Shown: in pieces, positions 47,707 to 56,610 of the stretch
Layout of the letters: every line of letters starts with the position of its first letter
Numbering within the stretch: the first letter of the stretch is position 1
Assembly: GCA_963665295.1 (NCBI GenBank)
Contig: OY762209.1
Coordinates: 1,408,001-1,472,000 of the forward strand
DNA length: 64,000 bases
Direction: 5' to 3'
Origin: Syntrophorhabdaceae bacterium
GTDB lineage: Bacteria > Desulfobacterota > Syntrophorhabdia > Syntrophorhabdales > Syntrophorhabdaceae
Notes under the pieces: generated by a model
Database searches by the model: none
What the model was told of the DNA's origin: nothing
The model's input: only the letters and a program-made list of their open reading frames with translations
Position numbers and translations under genes: made by a program

Positions 47707-49218
47707 CTATTCGAGAAAGCTCTCCAGCCTTTTTCTCCGTGAGGGGTGTTTCAGTTTTCTCAAGGCCTTGGCTTCTATCTGCCTGATCCTTTCCCTTGTG
47801 AGGCCGAAGACTTCTCCCACCTCCTCCAGGGTGTAGTCCGTTTTTTCTCCTATGCCGAGCCTCATCCTGATGACCTTCTCTTCCCTCGGGGTGAGGGTCG
47901 AGAGGACCTTGTAAATCTCTTCCTTGAGGGAGATGCCCACCAGTTCGGTAAAGGGGGAGGGTGACTTCGGGTCCGCGATGAAATCGCCCAGTTTCGACTC
48001 ATCGTCGCCTATAGGCGTTTCAATGGAGATAGGTTCGTTGGAGACCTTCATGATCTTCCGCACCTTTTCGAGGGGCAATCCCGCCTTCGAGGATATTTCC
48101 TCGAGGTTGGGCTCTCTCCCCAGTTCCTGGAAGAGGGAGATGGTGACCTTGGTAATCTTGTTCATGGTTTCGAGGACGTGGACGGGCACCCTGATGGTAC
48201 GGGCGTAGTCCGCAATGGCCCTGGTGATGGCTTGGCGTATCCACCACGTGGAATAGGTGGAAAATTTGTAGCCCTTCTGGTAATCGTACTTTTCCGCCGC
48301 CTTCATGAGGCCCATGTTTCCTTCCTGGATCAGGTCGAGGAAGGACAATCCCCTGTTCAGGTACTTCTTCGCGATATTGATGACGAGCCTGAGGTTTGCC
48401 TGGATAAGGCGGTTTTTCACCACTTTCAGGCTGTTTTCTATCTCGCTTATCTCTGCGAAGGTCTTTCGCACGGAGTTTCCCTCACGTTCGTCCATAAACT
48501 TGAGCTGCTTGGCAGTCTTCCGGACGATCTCCTCGAGGACTTTCTTGTTGAGGCTGAGGTTGGCGAGGGATTCCTCTATCTTGGTGTCAATGGCTTTTAC
48601 CTTCTTCTCCGACTGCCTCTTTGCCAGTTCGTCCATCCCCGGCAGAAGGGAGAAGAGCTCTTCTTTCTTATCGAATTGAGACTTTATGGTACTTATGAGA
48701 AAGAGGGTCCTTTTCTTGTATTTCTCCTCATCCTTTTTCGTGTAGTTCATCTCGTCGATATTCTTGATTACATCGACAATCGCCACGGTCTCTTTCTTGA
48801 GGAGGGAGGACAGTTCCTGGAGTTCGCGGATAGCCTGGGGGAGGCCGAAGAGGAGGTTCCTTATCTTCCTCTCACCTTCCTCTATCTTCTTCGCTATGAG
48901 GTATTCTTCCTCGGACGTGAGGAGAGAAACGCGACCGATGTCCTTCAGATAAGCCCAGATGATGTTATCCGTTCTCTCGGAGGGGAACCGCTCGATCTCG
49001 CCCCATTCCGGAGTCTCCTCGGGGGTTTCTATCTTTTCCTTTATGGTTTCGACTATGTCGATATTCGATTCCGTAAGATAGTCGAATATGTCTTCAATGT
49101 CTTCAGGTGAAAAGATGTTCTGAGGAAGGTAATCATTTATTTCATCAGGAGTAAGGTAGCCCTTCTCCATGCCCATATCTACAAGATGTTTAATTTCAGT
49201 ATAATTTTTTATACTCAT
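47707..49218 (-). CDS. rpoD: RNA polymerase sigma-70 factor, RpoD-like
   Basis: Region 1.1 ([13 protein letters not shown]), [53 protein letters not shown]. Confidence 0.85.
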   Translation of the reverse strand: MSIKNYTEIKHLVDMGMEKGYLTPDEINDYLPQNIFSPEDIEDIFDYLTESNIDIVETIKEKIETPEETPEWGEIERFPSERTDNIIWAYLKDIGRVSLLTSEEEYLIAKKIEEGERKIRNLLFGLPQAIRELQELSSLLKKETVAIVDVIKNIDEMNYTKKDEEKYKKRTLFLISTIKSQFDKKEELFSLLPGMDELAKRQSEKKVKAIDTKIEESLANLSLNKKVLEEIVRKTAKQLKFMDEREGNSVRKTFAEISEIENSLKVVKNRLIQANLRLVINIAKKYLNRGLSFLDLIQEGNMGLMKAAEKYDYQKGYKFSTYSTWWIRQAITRAIADYARTIRVPVHVLETMNKITKVTISLFQELGREPNLEEISSKAGLPLEKVRKIMKVSNEPISIETPIGDDESKLGDFIADPKSPSPFTELVGISLKEEIYKVLSTLTPREEKVIRMRLGIGEKTDYTLEEVGEVFGLTRERIRQIEAKALRKLKHPSRRKRLESFLE

Positions 49219-49563
49219 TCTTTCATCTCCAAAATATAGAAATGCCCTCTGTAACTCGCAGTGAGAGCAGGACTCATAATTATGTTATCCTAAATCTTGA
49301 GTGATTGTAATACCTTCCTTTTGCCGCGTCAATAGCCCTCAGCCGCTTTCTTGAAGATTTTCCTGCGGTCGGTGAAGAAAAAACCATATATATTATAGTT
49401 TAACCAGACTTGACGTACAAAGTCAACACCCCACCCCGGTCCCGTTTCCGCCATCAAAGCAGGATTCGCGGGTTTGGTTGGTAACTCCCCGAAATGGAAT
49501 ACAGTTGACTCGCGTGAGAATAACATATATAAACAATCAAAGCCATAAAAAAGGAGGGAGCCT

Positions 49564-50019
49564 ATGTTCAAAAAGATACTTTACCCCGTAGATTTTTCCG
49601 ATTATGCGGAAGAGATTCTCGATTACGCCGTGGCGATCGCGACCCGGTTCGAAGCCGAACTCCACCTGATCCACGTAATCCCGAACCTCAACTACTTCAC
49701 CCCCTACGAATCCTTCCTTACCCCTGAGAACATGGTGGCCATTGAGCGTAACATCGAAGGCGAGGTGGAGAGGGACTTCGACAAACTGACGAAGAAGCTC
49801 GCCATGCCCGTGGTAAAGGTGGTGAAAACCGGGGTTACCTTTGTGGAGATAATCGACTATATCAAAGAAGCGGGCATTGACCTTGTGGTCATGGGAACCC
49901 ACGGAAGAAGCGGCATCGAGCACATTCTTATAGGAAGCGTCGCTGAAAAAGTCGTGCGAAAGGCCCCTTGCCCCGTACTCACCGTAAGGCCGAAAAGCCA
50001 CAAGTTTTCCATGCCCTGA
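49564..50019 (+). CDS. Universal stress protein
   Basis: KKILYPVDFS...DLVVMGTHGRSG...GSVAEKVVRKAPCPVL. Confidence 0.95.
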   Translation: MFKKILYPVDFSDYAEEILDYAVAIATRFEAELHLIHVIPNLNYFTPYESFLTPENMVAIERNIEGEVERDFDKLTKKLAMPVVKVVKTGVTFVEIIDYIKEAGIDLVVMGTHGRSGIEHILIGSVAEKVVRKAPCPVLTVRPKSHKFSMP

Positions 50020-50052
50020 GCGATAATCACCGGGAACCCGGGGAGGGAGGGA

Positions 50053-50493
50053 TTATATCCCTACTCCCTTTTCCCGCGCCTCTTCACATATATCGTTGAG
50101 GGTGACCGAATTGAAATAATCCATAAGCCTCTTTGAGGCTTCACCCCACACATCCGAAAATACGCACTTTCCATACCGGTCGCACGCCTTCTTGGCGGTT
50201 CGCCTGTCTCCTGAACAGAACACGAGCTGAATACTCTTCCCGTCCACTGCCCTTATGACGTCCCCCACAGTGATCTCTTCAGGCCTTCTCGTGAGGTAGT
50301 ATCCTCCTGTGGGTCCGCGTATGCTCCGTATGATCCCCGCCTTCTTCAGTTTCTGGAATATCTGTTCGATATACCTGGGCGACAGGCCCTGCCTTTCCGA
50401 GATGCACCTCACCTGGGCCGGGCTTCCTGCCGAGTTATACGCGATATCACAAAGCGACCTTAGCCCGTACTGAATTTGCGTGGAAATCTTCAC
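50053..50493 (-). CDS. Rrf2/IscR-family transcriptional regulator
   Basis: GTG start (MKISTQIQYGLR), YIEQIFQKLKKAGIIRSIRGPTGGY, three C-terminal Cys. Confidence 0.9.
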   Translation of the reverse strand: MKISTQIQYGLRSLCDIAYNSAGSPAQVRCISERQGLSPRYIEQIFQKLKKAGIIRSIRGPTGGYYLTRRPEEITVGDVIRAVDGKSIQLVFCSGDRRTAKKACDRYGKCVFSDVWGEASKRLMDYFNSVTLNDICEEAREKGVGI

Positions 50494-50935
50494 ATTACGC
50501 CTCTTCACTAAGAATTTTGCTTACCCACGCGTCCCTGAAACAATTTAGGGCAGCGACCAAGAAAAAGACCAATTACGCTTAATCGTTCGCCGGGGACCCA
50601 TGGCGGCGCCCTTGTTCCGGCAACCTGCCTTTACCCCTGTCATGTTTTTACCGATGATGCCGGTGTAATACCACCTGTCCCAATGCCCCTTATCGGCCTT
50701 CCGGTGAAAGGGCTTTAGATCCAGACCCTGACAACCCCCGGCCTTCCGCGCCTTGCCGATGCCGTCACTATGACTGATCAGATTTATAACATAAATTGTC
50801 AAGTTCAAAAACAATTTTTTTTAAAAAGCCCACCCGATCGCGGCCATGGCCTGCCGGAAACGGCATTTTAATTTCCGGGATGACGAGTTCTATTGAAAAA
50901 CGACCCACATATATATTAACATGAGGTGGTATTGT

Positions 50936-51979
50936 ATGAAACTGTTTTTCACCATCTTTTTTCTCATTCTCGCCACCGTGGCTTCGGGGGCCGACCTCAT
51001 TATCGGGGGCGAAACCAGGTATACGGTCCAGAAGGGCGACCGGTTTGAAATCATCGGGGCCAGGCTCGGCGTTTTCTGGAAAAACATTGCAAAAGAGAAC
51101 GGACTCGATCCCCTGGGGCCCGTCACTCCGGGGCAGGAGATCCGGGTCACTACCAGGAAGATCGTCCCGAAGGTGGTGGATGACGGCATTGTGATCAACA
51201 TAGCGGACAGGACCCTTTACCTTTTCAAGAAGGGGAAACTGACCTCCTATCCCGTGGGCGTGGGCCAGCCCTCGGAAACGGACTTCGGCGACTGGCGGAC
51301 GCCCACGGGAAGGTTCACCATTGTGGCCAAGAAGAAGAACCCCACCTGGTACGTTCCCGACTCCATCCAGATGGAGATGGCGGCCAAGGGGAAGACCGTG
51401 GAAGAAACGGTCGCTCCGGGTCCCAAGAACCCCCTCGGAAGGTATGCCCTCATCACCTCCATACCGGGGGTGCTGATCCACGAAACCATATGGCCGGCGA
51501 GCGTATACCGCTTTCAGAGCCACGGGTGTGTGAGGATGCTTCCCGAGAGCATGGAAAAACTGTTCCCGGAAGTGGAGCGGGGCACCAAAGGGGAGATCAT
51601 CTACGAGCCGGTCAAGGTCGCGGTGGCGGAAAACGGGGCGGTATACCTGGAAGTCCGCACGGACACGTATAAGAGGGTCGCTTCCATGAAAGACCACGCG
51701 TGGAAGGTGATAGAGGAGCGGAAGCTTGGCGGCAAGGTCGACCGGGTCAGGGTCGAACAGGTCATCAAGGAGAAGTCGGGAATTGCGGAAAACGTCACGG
51801 CCCGACCGAAAGAGGCGGAGGTAGCCAAAGAGAAGGTGTTTTTTCAGAAATTCTTCGATTTTTTCAAGCCGGGGTCGGCCAAGAAGGGTAAGACCCCCCG
51901 TCCTCAGGGGACGGCTTTTCTGGGCGGTTGGGCCCAGAATGGGGCATCAAGGGTAAATCTTCGTATCTCATCCGTGTGA
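50936..51979 (+). CDS. LysM + L,D-transpeptidase (YkuD/ErfK-like)
   Basis: Signal peptide, YTVQKGD, YPVGVG, TPTG, GPKNPLG, IHET...SHGCVRM. Confidence 0.9.
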   Translation: MKLFFTIFFLILATVASGADLIIGGETRYTVQKGDRFEIIGARLGVFWKNIAKENGLDPLGPVTPGQEIRVTTRKIVPKVVDDGIVINIADRTLYLFKKGKLTSYPVGVGQPSETDFGDWRTPTGRFTIVAKKKNPTWYVPDSIQMEMAAKGKTVEETVAPGPKNPLGRYALITSIPGVLIHETIWPASVYRFQSHGCVRMLPESMEKLFPEVERGTKGEIIYEPVKVAVAENGAVYLEVRTDTYKRVASMKDHAWKVIEERKLGGKVDRVRVEQVIKEKSGIAENVTARPKEAEVAKEKVFFQKFFDFFKPGSAKKGKTPRPQGTAFLGGWAQNGASRVNLRISSV

Positions 51980-52803
51980 CCCGGTTTGACGATTTTCACA
52001 TAAAGCTCCGGAAATCCTTCCCGGGGCAGGAAGGCGACCCACGTCGCCAGGGTGCACACCTTTTTTGAATCACCGCATGCCTGCCGGATGCTGTCGTTCC
52101 CCGTGCCCGATTTATCCTCCGTAAGAAGTATGAACTGTTCGAAGCCGAGAGGCAGGCGGGAGCCGGCCAGGAGGCCGTTGATGCGATCGAGCCTCTTCCT
52201 GCTGCCCGGGGTGGGTCGCTCGTTCGACCCCGAGAATTTCCTGTCCAGATAGTGGTTGGTGTGGGTAAGAATTCCGTCCGCAGTACTTCTCAACGAAATC
52301 TTCCCTCCCGGCGCCACCTCGACGACGGCGATCTTCGCCGTGTCGGCGAGGATGTAAAAGGCGGGGTGACTGGCCGCGAACATGGCTTCTTCGTGAAGGA
52401 CCCCGTCCACCGAGGAAAAGGTCGTGAGGATCCTGTCGGTGAGGTCCTCCGTGGCGACGTTCCGTTTCTCGTCGGGGAGGCTCGTGGCCGAGGCGTTCAC
52501 CACGGTGAGACCCTTTTCGTTGATTCCCGATACCACGTATCCGTCGGCCTCCGGATCGAAAAGGCCGAGAAAGCGAAAGCCCTTCTCCGGGGCGACAAAC
52601 CTGAGTTCGGTGACGAGATTCTTCGAGTTATCACGGTTCTTGGCGATGAGGACGCCCCTGTCGCCCACCATCGAGCCTTTTGCCGTGAAAAGGGTGCAGG
52701 CCCCGGAAGGCGGGGGGCATATAGCAAAGAGGAAGAACAGGATGCCGGCCCATAAGGTTGCCATCAGGCTCCGAGGGAATGAAATATTCTCTAAAGCGGC
52801 CAT
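51904..52803 (-). CDS. Exported Ntn-hydrolase (C45/acyl-CoA:6-APA acyltransferase-like)
   Basis: Signal-like segment followed by CTLF...IAKNRD, GINEKGL, THTNHY. Confidence 0.8.
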   Translation of the reverse strand: MAALENISFPRSLMATLWAGILFFLFAICPPPSGACTLFTAKGSMVGDRGVLIAKNRDNSKNLVTELRFVAPEKGFRFLGLFDPEADGYVVSGINEKGLTVVNASATSLPDEKRNVATEDLTDRILTTFSSVDGVLHEEAMFAASHPAFYILADTAKIAVVEVAPGGKISLRSTADGILTHTNHYLDRKFSGSNERPTPGSRKRLDRINGLLAGSRLPLGFEQFILLTEDKSGTGNDSIRQACGDSKKVCTLATWVAFLPREGFPELYVKIVKPGHTDEIRRFTLDAPFWAQPPRKAVP

Positions 52804-52810
52804 GGGACGC

Positions 52811-53290
52811 TCAGTTGTTGCCCGGTGTGGAGGGGAAGCCCTTTTTCGATACCTCGAGCCATTCGAGCATGTGGGAGAGCATCTCGATCTGGGCGTCTTC
52901 GAGGATGGAGTCGAACCTCTCCTTCGCGGCCCCGATGAGCATGGCATTGGCCGTGTCGGTGGTGTCGCTTGAAACGAGGATGACGGGAAGGTTCATGCAG
53001 CAGGCGTAGCCGGCCTCGAAGGCGGTGCCCGTGTCGTTGTCGTCCGTCAGGGCCATGAGGGCGTCGCAGTCTTCGAGCAGGTCGAGGCAGGACTTCTTTA
53101 TGGCCTTGCTCATGGTGAGCTTGGTCTCCATGTCGCCCTCCACGTTGGGGGAATAAAGGAAGGGGTCCACGATGGTGATGTTCCTCCCGTGTTCGAGTCG
53201 GGCCAGGCTGCCCGTCAGTTTCTGAAGAAATTCTCTCTTCACGCGTTCCTGCTCACTGGTAAAGCATGGATGTGCAAAATACACGAGCAT
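52811..53290 (-). CDS. Nucleoside 2-deoxyribosyltransferase-like protein
   Basis: VYFAHPCF, DTGTAFEAGYA...PVI, NAML. GGAGGG upstream. Confidence 0.85.
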   Translation of the reverse strand: MLVYFAHPCFTSEQERVKREFLQKLTGSLARLEHGRNITIVDPFLYSPNVEGDMETKLTMSKAIKKSCLDLLEDCDALMALTDDNDTGTAFEAGYACCMNLPVILVSSDTTDTANAMLIGAAKERFDSILEDAQIEMLSHMLEWLEVSKKGFPSTPGNN

Positions 53291-53346
53291 ACGACCCTCC
53301 AACAGTAGTATGGGACATTATAACCCATTTCCGCGAACTTGTCGCC

Positions 53347-53376
53347 GGTCGGCGTGAAGGTCGGCGTGAAGGTCGG
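53347..53376. repeat. 12-bp tandem repeat (2.5 copies)
   Basis: GGTCGGCGTGAA GGTCGGCGTGAA GGTCGG. Confidence 0.8.
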
Positions 53377-53519
53377 GATTGTGCTTGTGAGTCTTGCGTA
53401 CACTTGGACGGATCGCCGCACGGAACGAAAACGCTATATAGGCCGCTCTGCAAAGGGAGGCGTGCTCTGGCGTATGAATATACGCCGACGCCCAGCCTCC
53501 CTTCACAGCCCAACCTATC

Positions 53520-54658
53520 TAGTGTACTGTCTCACTAATAGCTTTCCAATTACCCTTGGCTATGCTATCATAGTGCATGTGGAATCCAGCCAGTACGCTA
53601 GACATGACGGAAGAGCAGAGAAAGACATTGGAAACATGGGTCAAAGCAAAGAAGACTCCCCAAAGGGTGGTTCTACGCTCCCGCATCTGCCTGCTCGCGG
53701 CAGAAGGGATGTCCCATAACGCCATAGCGAAGAGGCTCAATACCTCCCGCCCTACGGTGATATTGTGGGTAGGCCGCTTCAGAGAACAGGGCCCCTCCGG
53801 TTTGTCGGAGGACGCACCCCATGGGCCGAGTTCAAGGCGCCTTAACCCGGAGATAGTGCGCACCATCGTGGAAGCCACGCTCCATACAACTCCCAAAGAT
53901 GCTACTCAGTGGTCCACCCGCACCATGGCAAAGGAGAAGGGCGTGAGCCATGCCACCGTGCAGCGCATCTGGGATGCCCATGGACTACAGCCCCATCGGG
54001 TAGAAACTTTCAAGCTGTCCAGAGACAAGAAGTTCGTGGAGAAACTGACCGATGTGGTGGGCGTCTATCTCAATCCTCCCGACAAAGCGGTGGTACTCTG
54101 TGTGGATGAGAAAAGCCAGGTGCAGGCCCTGGACCGGACCCAGCCGGGATTACCGATGAAGAAGGGGCGCTGCGGCACGATGACCCACGACTACAAAAGG
54201 AACGGCACTACCTGTCTTTTTGCCGCCCTCAATGTTCTGGAAGGAAAAGTCATAGGCTCCTGCTATCCCCGCCACAGAAATACCGAATTTCTTAAGTTCC
54301 TGCGTACCATAGACCGTCAGGTGCCAAAGGGCCTCGATGTCCATATGATTCTCGACAACTACGGAACTCATACCCACCCCAATGTGAAAGCATGGCTCGA
54401 AAAACACCCCCGTTTCGTTCCCCACTTTACACCCACAAGCTCGTCGTGGCTTAACCTGGTGGAGCGCTGGTTCGGGGAGATCACACGAAAGAGAATTCGT
54501 CGCGGCATCTTCAAAAGCGTTCAGGAACTGGTGACCGCCATCGAAGAATATATTCGCTGCAACAACGAAGACCCCAAACCCTTCGTATGGACCAGGAAGG
54601 CCGAGGAGATACTTGAAAAAGTGAATCGCTGTAAAGGCGTTACTGAGACACTACACTA
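53520..54658 (+). mobile_element. IS630-family element (coordinates include both TA copies)
   Basis: Ends cTA-GTGTACTGTCTCACTAA ... TTACTGAGACACTACAC-TAg, CTAG target. Confidence 0.92.
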
Positions 54659-54659
54659 G
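53577..54659 (+). CDS. IS630 transposase (single ORF)
   Basis: LCVDEKSQVQALDR, THDYKRNGTT, LDNYGTH, FTPTSSSWLNLVERWF. Confidence 0.95.
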   Translation: MWNPASTLDMTEEQRKTLETWVKAKKTPQRVVLRSRICLLAAEGMSHNAIAKRLNTSRPTVILWVGRFREQGPSGLSEDAPHGPSSRRLNPEIVRTIVEATLHTTPKDATQWSTRTMAKEKGVSHATVQRIWDAHGLQPHRVETFKLSRDKKFVEKLTDVVGVYLNPPDKAVVLCVDEKSQVQALDRTQPGLPMKKGRCGTMTHDYKRNGTTCLFAALNVLEGKVIGSCYPRHRNTEFLKFLRTIDRQVPKGLDVHMILDNYGTHTHPNVKAWLEKHPRFVPHFTPTSSSWLNLVERWFGEITRKRIRRGIFKSVQELVTAIEEYIRCNNEDPKPFVWTRKAEEILEKVNRCKGVTETLH

Positions 54660-54982
54660 CGTCTCCGCCCCGTGCGACGATCCACTCGACCCGGCAGCAA
54701 TTAATCAAAAGAGCTAATGATGCCGGGAGATTTGCCCCAGGGGAGAGGCAGGCCTACCGGCGTAGGAACAGAGTGTACAAAGGCCCGGCCCAAAAATAGA
54801 ACGCCCCGGGCGCAGGGGAGTACCTCCCCCCCAACAGGCAGGCTGATATCCCCGCTCCAAAGATATGGAAAGGCATATATAGATTACCCCGCCGCAGGCA
54901 GCGGGGCACGAAACCCCGGGGACACCACCATGGGGCCCGCGGCTTGGGTGCAACCCTTCGCTGATCCAACTGGTCGTTATTT

Positions 54983-55170
54983 CCGGCATCGATTGATTAA
55001 AATAAATAAGATGTGCCGGGTGGAGTAGGTGGGGGCATGGAGGGGAAGTTTCAGATGGGCTGCTCTGTGAAGGGGTGTGGCCTGGAGCCGTACTTAATGT
55101 ACGGAGGAAGGCTCGCCCCTTTGCAGAGGGGTCCATATGGAGCTTTCCCTTTATGCCCCCACCTATCCAC
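54983..55170 (+). other. Structured element B (188 nt); candidate ncRNA or ssDNA hairpin element
   Basis: Small CCGGCA..TGCCGG hairpin followed by a ~150-nt rod (55020..55170) paired on the plus strand with many G-U pairs. Confidence 0.6.
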
Positions 55171-55243
55171 TAAAACAGCCTTGCACGCCCCACGCAGCAA
55201 TACCAGGTGCTCGCGCTGCCCGGGGAATATCGGGGGGGGGATA

Positions 55244-56537
55244 GGCAATGTACAATCTCTTGTGTCAAGAAAGAAGATGGGGTACCATTCGATCTTTGCC
55301 GTTTGCACCGCCAAGCACATAGACAAGGAGGAGGTACCCCGAATGAATCAGCATGTAATGGTAAACAATCTATCACAGGCAATGAAAATGGTAAAGGAAA
55401 TGGATGGTTTTTCAGAAGAGCGGTGGACCGATGACTACCGGGAGGTCGGACGCAACGCCATAGGGAATTTCCTCCGGGACCGTATGAAGGAGTCCATAAG
55501 CGATTATCTTGGTCGTGTACCCGAAGGAGCAGACAGAAGGAACGGAAGTTACCCCAGGCACGTGCTGACCGAGATAGGAGATATAGCCCTCTCTATACCC
55601 CGGACGCGGACCTATAACCCGATTCACGTGATTGAAGCCTATGCGAGGAGAAGCAAGGAAGTAGACCGGCTCATCCTCTCCTGCTTCTTGTTGGGTCTCT
55701 CCACCAGGAAGGTAGGAGCAACGCTCCTTACCATTCTCGGGGAGAAGGTGAGCCCCGGTACGGTGAGCAGGGTGGTAAAGACACTCGACGCGGATGTGGC
55801 CGCATTCCACAGGAGACATCTCTCCAATATCTACAAGGCGCTCATCTTGGATGGGGTGGTCCTCTCCAGGAAGACCGGCATGGGGGCCGCAAAGAGACCT
55901 GTCCTCGTAGTCCTGGGCATACGCGAGGACGGCAGGAAAGAGGTCATCGACTTCCGCCTTGCCTCCTCCGAGAGCAGCGCAGAATGGGATGTCTTCCTTC
56001 GTGATCTCTCTGCAAGAGGGCTCACCGGGAAGAATGTGGAGGTAGTCTCGGTAGACGGGGGAAAGGGACTCCTTTCCGTTCTCCGTCATTATTATACCTC
56101 CATCCCCATCCAGCGCTGCTGGGCTCATAAGATACGTAACATCACCGATAAGGTAAAGAGGAAGGATCAGGACGCGGTAAGGGAAGGACTACGAGATATC
56201 TATAATGCCGCCCATATCCGTGAGGCGAGGAAATATGCGGGGCTATGGAAAGAGAAATGGAAAGACACGTACCCTGATGCGGTGACGTGCCTCTTTGCCG
56301 ATATTGATGATCTCTTTACCTGTTTCATGTTTAAGGACCTTGCCTTCCGGAAGAGCATACGCACTACCAACCTCATAGAAAGGAGATTCAAAGAGGTGAA
56401 GAGGAGGACGAGACCTATGGGGGTGTTCAGTGATAAAACGAGCATGGACAGGATTCTCTATGCCATCTTCATGTATGAGAACAGATCGAAGGGGACGTCC
56501 CCCATTTTCTCGCTGACACATAAGTCTTGACATTGCC
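55244..56537 (+). mobile_element. Complete IS256-family element
   Basis: Imperfect terminal IRs GGCAATGT...TGTGTCA / TGACACA...ACATTGCC and a 9-bp target duplication GGGGGGATA on both sides. Confidence 0.92.
55343..56530 (+). CDS. IS256-family transposase
   Basis: RRNGSYPR, GLSTRKV, LILDG, SVDGGKG, QRCWAHKIRN, IRTTNLIER. GGAGGAGG upstream. Confidence 0.95.
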   Translation: MNQHVMVNNLSQAMKMVKEMDGFSEERWTDDYREVGRNAIGNFLRDRMKESISDYLGRVPEGADRRNGSYPRHVLTEIGDIALSIPRTRTYNPIHVIEAYARRSKEVDRLILSCFLLGLSTRKVGATLLTILGEKVSPGTVSRVVKTLDADVAAFHRRHLSNIYKALILDGVVLSRKTGMGAAKRPVLVVLGIREDGRKEVIDFRLASSESSAEWDVFLRDLSARGLTGKNVEVVSVDGGKGLLSVLRHYYTSIPIQRCWAHKIRNITDKVKRKDQDAVREGLRDIYNAAHIREARKYAGLWKEKWKDTYPDAVTCLFADIDDLFTCFMFKDLAFRKSIRTTNLIERRFKEVKRRTRPMGVFSDKTSMDRILYAIFMYENRSKGTSPIFSLTHKS

Positions 56538-56610
56538 GGGGGGATATCGGGTTTGACACGGGAGGGGAATTACGGGTAATTTGTTGTACGAAGGTGTTCA
56601 GGGAGAGAGA

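Larger units (their letters stand above)
53405..54726 (-). other. Structured element A (~185 nt after removing the IS630); candidate ncRNA or ssDNA hairpin element
   Basis: Removing the IS restores a long hairpin (arms from 53410 and to 54683) that pairs almost fully on the minus strand using G-U. Homologous to 54983..55170. Confidence 0.6.

Noticed and set aside
51904..51979. 76-bp convergent overlap of the L,D-transpeptidase and Ntn-hydrolase ORFs
   Set aside because: The overlapping tail looks non-conserved and an out-of-frame TAA lies near 51888; likely tail drift or a small indel, not a functional overlap.
54885..54908. Short palindrome TACCCCGCCGCAGGCAGCGGGGCA, REP-like
   Set aside because: Single copy in the window and no associated transposase; needs a genome-wide count.
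56527..56560. Outward TTGACA in the IS256 end forming a hybrid promoter for the CoA ligase
   Set aside because: No acceptable -10 at 16-18 bp, and a native TTGACA already lies at 56553.
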